From the NCBI GenBank assembly GCA_965238075.1, contig OZ250173.1, positions 608,001 to 672,000 of the forward strand: DNA of 64,000 bases, written 5' to 3'. The notes beneath the pieces were generated by a model. That model searched no databases and was not told where the DNA came from. It saw only the letters and a list, made by a program, of their open reading frames with translations. Position 1 is the stretch's first letter, and every line of letters begins with the position of its first letter. Made by a program: the position numbers and the translations under genes. The DNA comes from Candidatus Entotheonellaceae bacterium (lineage in GTDB: Bacteria > Tectomicrobia > Entotheonellia > Entotheonellales > Entotheonellaceae). Shown in pieces: positions 48,465 to 56,080 of this stretch.

Positions 48465-48514
48465 GGACGCGGCGTGCAAGGCCCGGTTCGGGGCCGCACG
48501 CCGCGCCCTTTGTT
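48465..48514 (+). terminator. Putative intrinsic terminator after the DUF362 gene
   Basis: gcggcgtgc-aa-ggccc-ggttc-gggcc-gcacgccgc hairpin followed by ctttgtt. Confidence 0.55.
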
Positions 48515-48530
48515 AGTTCTCACTTCAAAT

Positions 48531-48673
48531 TCCCCCCCTCACCCCAACCCTCTCCCGCCAAGGGAGAGGGAACAGGAATAAGACCCCCAGAGAGGGAATA
48601 GCAATCCTCCCCGATCAAAGAGGACAGGATGCGAGTTCCCTCCTCCCTTGAGGGGGAGGGCCAGGGTGGGGGG
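48531..48673. repeat. Inverted pair of CCCTCACCCC...GGGAGAGGG REP-like elements
   Basis: ccccctcaccccaaccctctcccgccaagggagaggg and its inverse ccctcctcccttgagggggagggccagggtggggg. Confidence 0.75.
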
Positions 48674-48704
48674 AAGTATGAACCGGTTATTTCAGGAGGT
48701 AGAC

Positions 48705-49046
48705 ATGGCAGCGGTCACGAAAGGTTTGGAGAACCTGCAAGAGGCTATCAGCACGTGCGAGCAGCTGGACGCCAGCCTGTCCGCCGCCACCGATGCCGAG
48801 GCGGTGAAGGCGAAGAGCGTGGTGCAGGAAACACTCACGGCGTTTAATGATGTCAGCGACAAATTTTTCCTCAAGACCATGATGAGCGTGCCGCCCACCA
48901 AGGCTTGCCGGGTGGAAGCCGCGGCAGTGGCGTCCGTGGTGTCCGAGCAGAAATGGGACAGCCTGCCGGGCGCCCTGGAGAAGTTGCAAAAGGCCACCAA
49001 GACGCTGGTGACCAAGGCCAAGATGGACGGGACGACGATTACATGA
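48705..49046 (+). CDS. Hypothetical helical protein
   Basis: AGGAGG RBS, typical codon usage, ATGA overlap with the next gene. Confidence 0.7.
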   Translation: MAAVTKGLENLQEAISTCEQLDASLSAATDAEAVKAKSVVQETLTAFNDVSDKFFLKTMMSVPPTKACRVEAAAVASVVSEQKWDSLPGALEKLQKATKTLVTKAKMDGTTIT

Positions 49047-49930
49047 GCGGTCCGATCCTGATCACCGGAGGCGCCGGCAGCGTGGGCCGCAGCTTGGTAG
49101 CCTGCTGCCGCGCCGACGGCTATGCGGTGCGCGTTTTCGACCTGCCGGTGTGCGACTTTACGGGCCTGGAAGGCGAAACGGGAATCGAGGTCGTCAAGGG
49201 CGACATTACGAAGCCGGAGCACGTCGAAGCCGCGGTGCAAGGGGTGAGCAGCGTCCTGCACTTGGCGGCACTGCTGCCGCCGGCCAGCGAGGCCGACCGG
49301 TCACGGACGTTTGCCGTCAACGTGGACGGCACCGCCACCATCATCAGTGCCATGCAAGCCGCCGCCAGCGACGCCGTGCTGGTGTTCAGCTCGTCGGTGA
49401 GTACTTATGGCGACACCACCGCCGAATCCCCGCCGCTGGGGGTTTCGCATCCCCAAACGGCCCTCGACCTCTACGCCGAAAGCAAGATCGCCAGCGAGCG
49501 ACTGGTGCGGGAATCCTCCCTGCCGGTGGTGGTTCTGCGCATTGCCGGCATCGCCGTGCCGGTTCTGCAGGAACCCCCCGAGGTGTGGCCGTTCACCGCC
49601 GAGCAACGCCTTGAAATGGTACAGCGTGACGATGTAGTGACCGCGCTCTACAAGGCCCTCATTACCCCAAAAGCGCGGGGTCAGACCCTGAACATTGCCG
49701 GCGGGCCGACTTGGCAGACGACCGGACGCCGGTATGTCGCCGACCTGTACGACATCATCGGCGTGCCGCTTGAGATGGCGGCATTCCGCGGCCAGGACGA
49801 GCCCGGCTGGGTCGACTGGTACGATACCGAGTTGTCGCAGCAACTGCTTGGCTATCAAGACCACTCGTATTCGACCTACCTCGACACCCTGCGTTCGGAA
49901 GTCGCCCGTTTGTTGGAAGACGACTGTTGA
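49043..49930 (+). CDS. NAD-dependent epimerase/dehydratase family protein
   Basis: ITGGAGSVG, HLAA, FSSS, YAESK (YxxxK). Confidence 0.9.
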   Translation: MSGPILITGGAGSVGRSLVACCRADGYAVRVFDLPVCDFTGLEGETGIEVVKGDITKPEHVEAAVQGVSSVLHLAALLPPASEADRSRTFAVNVDGTATIISAMQAAASDAVLVFSSSVSTYGDTTAESPPLGVSHPQTALDLYAESKIASERLVRESSLPVVVLRIAGIAVPVLQEPPEVWPFTAEQRLEMVQRDDVVTALYKALITPKARGQTLNIAGGPTWQTTGRRYVADLYDIIGVPLEMAAFRGQDEPGWVDWYDTELSQQLLGYQDHSYSTYLDTLRSEVARLLEDDC

Positions 49931-49952
49931 GCGTTTGAGAAGAGGCACGTTG

Positions 49953-52328
49953 ATGGCCATTATGTCACCCCCCTCTGCCCCGCCTGCCGCGGCTGACCGC
50001 GAAACCATCACTACCCTGGAAACCATCGCGCAGCGCGTCCTGTGGCTGTCGACGTACATGATCCACTACGCCAACAAGATTCGCCCGAACCCGGACGGCC
50101 TCAAGGTCGGCGGGCACCAGGCGAGCTGCGCCTCGTCGGTCAATTTGATGACGGCGCTGTATTTTGGCGTCCTCCGGCCCGAGGACCACGTGGCGGTGAA
50201 GCCGCACGCCGCGCCGGTGCTTCATGCCATTCAATACCTCCTCGGCAACCTGCCGCGCCGCATGCTGACCACCCTGCGTGATTTCGGCGGCCTGCAGGCC
50301 TATCCCAGCCGCACCAAGGACCCGGACGGCGTGACGATTTCCACCGGCTCGGTCGGCCTGGGCGCCGCGGCGACGGTTTTCGGCGCCCTGACGCAGCGTT
50401 ACGTGCGCGATCACTTTGGCAAGACCGACGGCCAAGGGCGCTACATCGCCCTGGTCGGCGACGCCGAAATCGACGAGGGCAACATCCCGGAAGCCATCGG
50501 CGAGGCCAGCGCCTACGGCTTGAACAATCTGTGGTGGATCATCGACATCAACCGGCAGAGCCTCGATCACATCGCCCCGGAGGGCCAGGTGATGCAGATC
50601 GCGCGGCTGTTCGAGGCCAAGGGCTGGGAGGTGTTATGGCTCAAGTACGGCAGCCAGCAGCAGGCATTTTTCAAGCGACCGGGCGGCGACGGATTGCGGC
50701 AGTGGATCGATTCGTGCAGCAACGCCGAATACCAGAGCCTGCTGAACGCCGACGGCTCGGAGATTCGCCGCGCCGTGATCGATTGGGCGGCCGGCGCGGC
50801 GGCCGGCACGGACATGCGCAGCGTCCTGGCCGACGTGCCGGATGCCACCCTCATGGACCTGCTGATGGACCTCGGCGGGCACGACATCCCGGAGATTCTC
50901 AAGACGTTCGCCGCCGCTGAGGCCATCGCCGACCGGCCGGTCGTCATCATGGCCTATACCATCAAGGGCTGGGGGCTGCCGATTGCCGGGCATATCGACA
51001 ACCACGCCGCCCAGCTGACGTCGGCGCACATCGCCGCCCTGCAAGAACAGCACGGCATCGCCGAGGGCCACGAGTGGGACGGCTACGAAGAGCCGGACCC
51101 CATTGCCGGATGGATCAAACAGCGGCAGATATTCGGACGGAATGGCCGAAAGCACCCGCCGACACCCCCGAGCCCGCCGCCGATTCCCGAAACGCTGGAC
51201 ATCCCCTTCCCCGAGCGCGCCGCCACGCAGGGGGCGTTCGGCCATATCCTGGTGGCACTGAATGAATACGAGGACGTGGCGGCGCGGCTCGTTACCACCT
51301 CGCCCGACGTGGCGGTATCGACGAACCTGGCCAACTGGATCAACAAGCGCGGCATCTACGCGCCCGCCGAGAAGCCCAACTACTGGGCCAAGTACGACGT
51401 CACCAGCCTGCTGCGTTGGCAGGAAACCGCCTCCGGGCAGCACATCGAGCTCGGCATTGCGGAGAATAATTTCTACCTGGCCCTGACGATGCTGGGTCTG
51501 TCCTACGAATTCAACGGCGAGCTGTTGCTGCCCGTCGGCACCGTGTACGATCCCTTCGTGGCGCGCGGCCTGGACGCCCTAACCTATGGGACCTACGTGG
51601 GGGCGAAGTTCCTTTTCGCGGGCACCCCGTCGGGGCTGAGCCTGAACCGCGAGGGTGGCGCGCACCAATCGATCTACACGCCGCTGGTGGGCATGGGCAT
51701 GCCGGGCTTGATTTACTACGAGCCGGCTTACGCCGCTGAGTTGGAGTGCATGATGTGCTGGGGACTGCGGCAGCTGGCGGACCGCGACAACGGCCAGAGC
51801 CTGTACCTGCGGCTGTCCACCCGGCCGATTACGCAGGCGGTGCGCCACTCGACCCCGGAATGGCGGCGGCAGGTCTTGGCCGGCGGCTACTGGCTGCGCG
51901 ATTACCGCCAGGAGCGCGACTACGCCGAGCGCCCGCGCGTGCACCTGTTCGCGTCCGGCGTCATGTTGGAGGAGGCGTTGCAGGCCAGCGATCTGGCTTG
52001 CGAGGACGGCATTTACGTCAACGTCATCAACGTCACCAGCGCCGACCGCTTGTTCAGCGACCACTTCGAGGCCGCCAGCTCCGGGGCCGGTTCTTCCTAC
52101 CTCGACGAGTTGCTTCCCGCCGCCGACCGCCAAACCCCGGCGATCACCCTGCTCGACGGACATCCCCTGACGCTCGCCTGGCTCGGCACCGTCTTCAACG
52201 CCCCGCTCAAGCCCTTGGGCGTGGTGCAATTCGGCCAGACCGGCTCGGTGCAGGAGCTGTATCACCAGCACCGCATCGACACGGACGCCGTCCTCACCGC
52301 GATTGTTCAGATTTTATTCGGCCAATAA
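49953..52328 (+). CDS. Pyruvate dehydrogenase E1 (AceE)-like thiamine diphosphate enzyme
   Basis: KVGGHQAS, STGSVGLG, GDAEIDEG..N ThDP motif, ELGIAE, EGGAHQS, FGQTG. Confidence 0.88.
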   Translation: MAIMSPPSAPPAAADRETITTLETIAQRVLWLSTYMIHYANKIRPNPDGLKVGGHQASCASSVNLMTALYFGVLRPEDHVAVKPHAAPVLHAIQYLLGNLPRRMLTTLRDFGGLQAYPSRTKDPDGVTISTGSVGLGAAATVFGALTQRYVRDHFGKTDGQGRYIALVGDAEIDEGNIPEAIGEASAYGLNNLWWIIDINRQSLDHIAPEGQVMQIARLFEAKGWEVLWLKYGSQQQAFFKRPGGDGLRQWIDSCSNAEYQSLLNADGSEIRRAVIDWAAGAAAGTDMRSVLADVPDATLMDLLMDLGGHDIPEILKTFAAAEAIADRPVVIMAYTIKGWGLPIAGHIDNHAAQLTSAHIAALQEQHGIAEGHEWDGYEEPDPIAGWIKQRQIFGRNGRKHPPTPPSPPPIPETLDIPFPERAATQGAFGHILVALNEYEDVAARLVTTSPDVAVSTNLANWINKRGIYAPAEKPNYWAKYDVTSLLRWQETASGQHIELGIAENNFYLALTMLGLSYEFNGELLLPVGTVYDPFVARGLDALTYGTYVGAKFLFAGTPSGLSLNREGGAHQSIYTPLVGMGMPGLIYYEPAYAAELECMMCWGLRQLADRDNGQSLYLRLSTRPITQAVRHSTPEWRRQVLAGGYWLRDYRQERDYAERPRVHLFASGVMLEEALQASDLACEDGIYVNVINVTSADRLFSDHFEAASSGAGSSYLDELLPAADRQTPAITLLDGHPLTLAWLGTVFNAPLKPLGVVQFGQTGSVQELYHQHRIDTDAVLTAIVQILFGQ

Positions 52329-52970
52329 ACGGCTCAACTGCTGGGTTGCCGTGCACGGATCGGGCACTGCCAGGACGGCGCGGATCATGGCGACGCCGTG
52401 CGCCCCGGTTTGTCGCACCTGCGGCAAGTTGGCGGGCGTGATGCCGCCGATACCCAGCACGGGTATCGAAACCTCGCGCACCACCGCGGCCAGTTGAGAA
52501 AGCCCCTGCGGCGGGCCGTAGGCCAGTTTGGAGGGGGTTGCGAAGACGGGGCCGAACACCACGAAGTCGGCGCCGTCCTCCGCGGCTTGGCGCGCTGCGT
52601 CGAGGCTGTGGGTGGAAACGCCAAGGAGCTTGTCGGGTCCCAGCGCGCGGCGGGCCGTTCGGGTGGGCAGGGAATGGCCAGCAAGGTGAACGCCTTCAGC
52701 GTTCAGGGCCAGAGCGACATCAAGGCGGTCGTTGATCAGCAGCGGAACTCGGTAGGGACTTAACACCTCTTGCAGGCATGCGCCCATATCGTAGAGCTCA
52801 CGGGCGCTGAGATCCTTCTCCCGCAACTGAACAGCCCCCGCCCCGCCGCGCGCCGCCGCGGCAACCACTTCCGCCAAGGGGCGCCCGGCGGTTTGGTGCC
52901 GGTCGGTCACCACGTAGAGGCGAAAGCCGGGGCCATGCGTTCCCCTACTCTGCCGGGTGTTAACTGGCAT
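52314..52970 (-). CDS. thiE: Thiamine phosphate synthase
   Basis: QLREK, INDR.DVA, GVHL, GVSTH, GPVFATPSK, IGGI. Confidence 0.9.
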   Translation of the reverse strand: MPVNTRQSRGTHGPGFRLYVVTDRHQTAGRPLAEVVAAAARGGAGAVQLREKDLSARELYDMGACLQEVLSPYRVPLLINDRLDVALALNAEGVHLAGHSLPTRTARRALGPDKLLGVSTHSLDAARQAAEDGADFVVFGPVFATPSKLAYGPPQGLSQLAAVVREVSIPVLGIGGITPANLPQVRQTGAHGVAMIRAVLAVPDPCTATQQLSRLLAE

Positions 52971-53007
52971 ACCATTTCTCTCTCAACGAGAAAGCCGAGG
53001 CCATACA

Positions 53008-53075
53008 TCCCTCTCCCCTTTGAAGGGTTCACTTCCTCCATTCCCCTCCCCGTGGGAGGGGTCAGGGGAGGGTCC
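53008..53075. repeat. REP-like palindrome (inverse CCCTCACCCC family)
   Basis: cccctccccgtgggaggggtcaggggagggt between thiG and thiE. Confidence 0.6.
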
Positions 53076-53084
53076 TGCGGCTTC

Positions 53085-53864
53085 TCAGGTGCCAATGACG
53101 CCCTCCAGCGGGCTGCTGGCGGTGGCGTAGAGTCTACGCTCGATACGCCCGGCCTTGAATGCCAGACGGCCGGCCTCCACGGCCATACGCATGGCGTGAG
53201 CCATGGCCAGGGGATCCTTGGCGCCGGCGATGCCGGTATTCATCAGCACGCCGTCCACACCGAGTTCCATGGCCACCGCGGCGTCGGAGGCCGTTCCGAC
53301 GCCCGCGTCGACGATCACCGGCACCTGCACCGCTTCCAGAACCAGCCGGACGGTGTAGGGGTTGCAGATGCCCAGGCCGGAGCCGATCGGCGCGCCGAGC
53401 GGCATGACAACCGCGGCGCCGGCGTCTTCAAGCTTCTTGGCCATCACCGGGTCGTCGTTGGTGTACGGCATGACGATGAAGCCTTCCTTGGCCAGCACGC
53501 GGGTGGCTTCCAGCAAATCCACCACGTCCGGGAAGAGGGTCTTCGGGTCGCCGATCACTTCCAGCTTGATGAAGTCCGACAGCCCCGCCTCGCGCGCCAG
53601 CCGGGCGGTGAGAATAGCGGACTCGGCGTCGTAGCACCCGGCGGTGTTGGGCAAAATGGTGAAACGGTCGCGGTCGATGTAATCCAGCAGCGTTTCCTTG
53701 CTGTCGGGGAGTTCCATACGCCGCAGCGCCACGGTCACCATATCCGCCCCGGAAGCCTCGTGGCACTGCTGCATCAGGTCCATGGTGGGATATTTGCCGG
53801 TGCCGACGATGAGCCGCGAACCGAACGTTTTACCCCCAATCTCCAGCAAATCGTCTTGTTGCAT
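53085..53864 (-). CDS. thiG: Thiazole synthase
   Basis: [41 protein letters not shown]. Confidence 0.97.
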   Translation of the reverse strand: MQQDDLLEIGGKTFGSRLIVGTGKYPTMDLMQQCHEASGADMVTVALRRMELPDSKETLLDYIDRDRFTILPNTAGCYDAESAILTARLAREAGLSDFIKLEVIGDPKTLFPDVVDLLEATRVLAKEGFIVMPYTNDDPVMAKKLEDAGAAVVMPLGAPIGSGLGICNPYTVRLVLEAVQVPVIVDAGVGTASDAAVAMELGVDGVLMNTGIAGAKDPLAMAHAMRMAVEAGRLAFKAGRIERRLYATASSPLEGVIGT

Positions 53865-53876
53865 CTGACATGTCTC

Positions 53877-54086
53877 CTATCCGCCGCCAACAGCCTGCAC
53901 AACCTCAATTCGGTCGCCGGCCTGCAAAACGGTGTCCGCATGGGCTTGGCGCGGCACGACCGTCATGTTCACGGCCACCGCGGTTCCTTGCCGATCGGCC
54001 ACGCCCAGGGTTTCGAGCAAACTGCGTACGGTACTTGCCTCTGGAATGGTGCGCTTGTCGCCGTTTACGAGTACGTCGATCATCAT
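53877..54086 (-). CDS. thiS: Sulfur carrier protein ThiS
   Basis: VLVNG, AVAVN, GDRIEVVQAVGGG C-terminus. Confidence 0.95.
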   Translation of the reverse strand: MMIDVLVNGDKRTIPEASTVRSLLETLGVADRQGTAVAVNMTVVPRQAHADTVLQAGDRIEVVQAVGGG

Positions 54087-54100
54087 GATTGGCCTGCCAC

Positions 54101-54137
54101 AAACAAAAAAAGCCGCCACGCCAGGGCGTGCGGCTTC
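54101..54137 (-). terminator. Intrinsic terminator forming the TPP riboswitch expression platform
   Basis: Minus strand agccgcacgcc-ct-ggcgtggcggct followed by TTTTTTTGTTT, between the aptamer and thiS. Confidence 0.75.
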
Positions 54138-54199
54138 AGCTTCCGTAAAGGACCCATTCTCTGAGCGCATCCGGCCTGCGGCCCGGCGATGCGTGAATG

Positions 54200-54300
54200 G
54201 CGCTTCCCTACGCTGGCATTACCCAGGTCAGGTTCTGAGGGTTGTTACCAGAGACCCGAACCGTCCCGGTAACTCTCAGCATCTCACACCCCTAGCGAAT
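54200..54300 (-). ncRNA. TPP riboswitch (with long P3a insertion)
   Basis: Minus strand CTAGGGGTG...GCTGAGA-[gttaccgggac..gtctctggtaac]-ACCCT..GAACCTGA.CTGGGTAATGCCAGCGTAGGGAAG, upstream of thiS-thiG-thiE. Confidence 0.95.
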
Positions 54301-54307
54301 GGCGCAG

Positions 54308-54336
54308 ACCTTAGCAGAGCCCATCGGCCATTGCAA
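54308..54336 (-). promoter_or_regulatory. Promoter of the thi operon
   Basis: Minus strand TTGCAA, 17-nt spacer, TG-extended TAAGGT, just before the aptamer. Confidence 0.55.
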
Positions 54337-54394
54337 GGCTGAGGCCGGGACATCTTCGTAGCTCATCTTCATTTTTTAATCTGAAGAGGACGTT

Positions 54395-54517
54395 ATGAGA
54401 GAAGTCGGCGCGGTCGAGGCGAAAACCCACCTGTCCGCGCTTCTTGACGAGGTCGCACGCGGAGAAACCATCGTCACCAAACTACGTCCGGCAGCACGCT
54501 CGTATCGAAGGCCGTGA
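54395..54517 (+). pseudogene. Phd/YefM family antitoxin, truncated
   Basis: MREVGAVEAKTHLSALLDEVARGETIVTK, then unrelated sequence; GAGGA RBS; no downstream toxin. Confidence 0.75.
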
Positions 54518-54521
54518 TCAC
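54474..54521 (-). pseudogene. VapC/PIN toxin N-terminal stub (15 aa)
   Basis: GTG overlapping the AbrB stop gives MITAFDTSVLPDVVW*, resembling the PIN start MITAVDTNVLLDV. Confidence 0.65.
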
Positions 54522-54733
54522 CTGCCCCGAATCTCCTCGATGTAATCGTCGATGTTTCCCCGCCTGCCGAGAATGGCGTAGACACGGTCCACAGGATGTT
54601 CTGCGGCCGGTCGTTTCCGAATAAGCAGGCCCTCCTCGGTAGGCATGATCTCAACCTCGACGTTTGGATTCAGCCCGAAGCGGTCACGAAGTGCCTTGGG
54701 AATGGTGATTTGACCGCGCTCGGAGATTCGCAT
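54518..54733 (-). CDS. AbrB/MazE/SpoVT family antitoxin
   Basis: MRISERGQITIPKALRDRFGL..VEVEI...GLLIRK. Confidence 0.9.
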   Translation of the reverse strand: MRISERGQITIPKALRDRFGLNPNVEVEIMPTEEGLLIRKRPAAEHPVDRVYAILGRRGNIDDYIEEIRGR

Positions 54734-54775
54734 GTTTACTCCGGTTCTGTCTGCCGCCTGGACATTCGGACCCCC

Positions 54776-54806
54776 TTGACATTCAGGCCCGAAAACTGCA
54801 TATATA
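54776..54806 (+). promoter_or_regulatory. Putative promoter for a small convergent RNA
   Basis: TTGACA at 54776-54781, then AT-rich CATATATA at 54799-54806 in otherwise GC-rich DNA; no + strand gene follows. Confidence 0.5.
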
Positions 54807-54881
54807 CCCCAGTCTCACCTGCCAAGTGTAGGAGGAGCATTCGAAGCCGTCCGGGCTTGCCTGGGCGGCTTCAGTCATTTT
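54807..54881 (+). ncRNA. Candidate structured small RNA associated with the DUF3800/BECR-like gene pair
   Basis: Two hairpins (54814-54837; 54843-54872, 13 bp with CUUG loop) and a U-rich end; three G.U pairs form only on the + strand. Confidence 0.55.
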
Positions 54882-55364
54882 GGCCGACTCCTCGCAGCAC
54901 GGTGAAAATCGTCGCGTTCTCGGCGAAGCCGCTGAATCCGGTGAGATTGGTTGGTGCAATAAGCGGTCTTGAGCAGCCAGTAATTCCGGCGTTGGGCAAG
55001 CACCACCACGTATTCTTCACGATACCAAAGCAACGTGTTGGTCTCATTTCCTCGATTATTCTGCCATTCATCGATCTCGGGATGGACCGGAGCGTTGTCA
55101 ATCACCCAGCGCACCCAGCGGAGGCGTTCGCAGCGGCGCAGATCAGGTGTGCGCTCATCCTCCACTGGACCCTCCTGAACCAAGTGCCAGAACAAGGCCC
55201 AGCGCCCCGGCCCTCTCAGGCATACGGCGGCAACCTATCTCTTGGCCGCGAAATCGAAGGCCGGCTCGCGCAATCTCACCCATGAAAATACGGTACAACT
55301 CGTTTTCATAGGCTTGCCAATTACCGCCGAAAGCATCAAATGACAGCAGGTCCGGCGGCGTCAT
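54875..55364 (-). pseudogene. Phage-P1-related/BECR-like putative RNase, one +1 frameshift
   Basis: ORFs 55155-55364 and 54875-55195 join if one G is removed from GGGG (cccc at 55205-55208): MTPPDLL...PERAG/RWALFWHL...PDLRRCERLRW...YVVVLAQRRNYWLLKTAY; ATGA overlap with DUF3800. Confidence 0.7.
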
Positions 55365-56080
55365 CCGCCAGCCTTTTGTGGGCGCCAAAACAGAATGTTG
55401 AACTTGGCGGCGGCGATGGGCGAGGTACAGGTGAGGGCCTGCGCTCCAAGTCGTTCGTGTAGCCGGGCGATGATAGCCGTCTTGGCTTGGCTGCCGGTCA
55501 GCCCTCGGTTGGCGTATGCCAACGCACCGATCAGGAGGTCGGCAAGTGGCAGGAGTTCACTTTCTTGGGACCGTATCTGCTGGACCCGCTCGATACATTC
55601 TCGGCTGAAATCGTGGAGGCTGTTGGCTAGTACATCGTGCAGTTCCCGCGTCTTCGGGCCGCCTCGCGTGTCTTTCACGTCGAGGTAGATACGGTAACGT
55701 TGCGTGTCAACAAACACGGGGCGCAGCATCGTAAAGTACATTTTGTAATACCAGTCATTGTGGGACTGATCGAATCGCTCGTGGTCGAGTTGACTTTTGT
55801 CTGGCACGACAAGCCCGCGAAACCGCAGGCGGTCGTCGGCTAGGAAAAAATCCGTCAGCGCCAAATAAAAATCCATTTTGGCCGGCGACACCTTGGTCCA
55901 TTTCACCTCGAAATCTGATTTGAGTCCGTGTTCAACCTTGATCGCCCGTATCCGTTCTGACAGGTCCGGTACTTGCCGCCCTTCACACAACACCGCACCC
56001 CACACCATGACCGGAATATGGTCATATTCCAGATGACAGCTTTCGTCGCAGTAGACGTTGATGTCTTTGATGTCAGCCAT
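55361..56080 (-). CDS. DUF3800 domain-containing protein
   Basis: VYCDESCHL, EVKWTK, YYKMY, IYLD.KD, ES.LL(P)LADLLIGA; overlaps the hsdS stop. Confidence 0.85.
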   Translation of the reverse strand: MADIKDINVYCDESCHLEYDHIPVMVWGAVLCEGRQVPDLSERIRAIKVEHGLKSDFEVKWTKVSPAKMDFYLALTDFFLADDRLRFRGLVVPDKSQLDHERFDQSHNDWYYKMYFTMLRPVFVDTQRYRIYLDVKDTRGGPKTRELHDVLANSLHDFSRECIERVQQIRSQESELLPLADLLIGALAYANRGLTGSQAKTAIIARLHERLGAQALTCTSPIAAAKFNILFWRPQKAGG

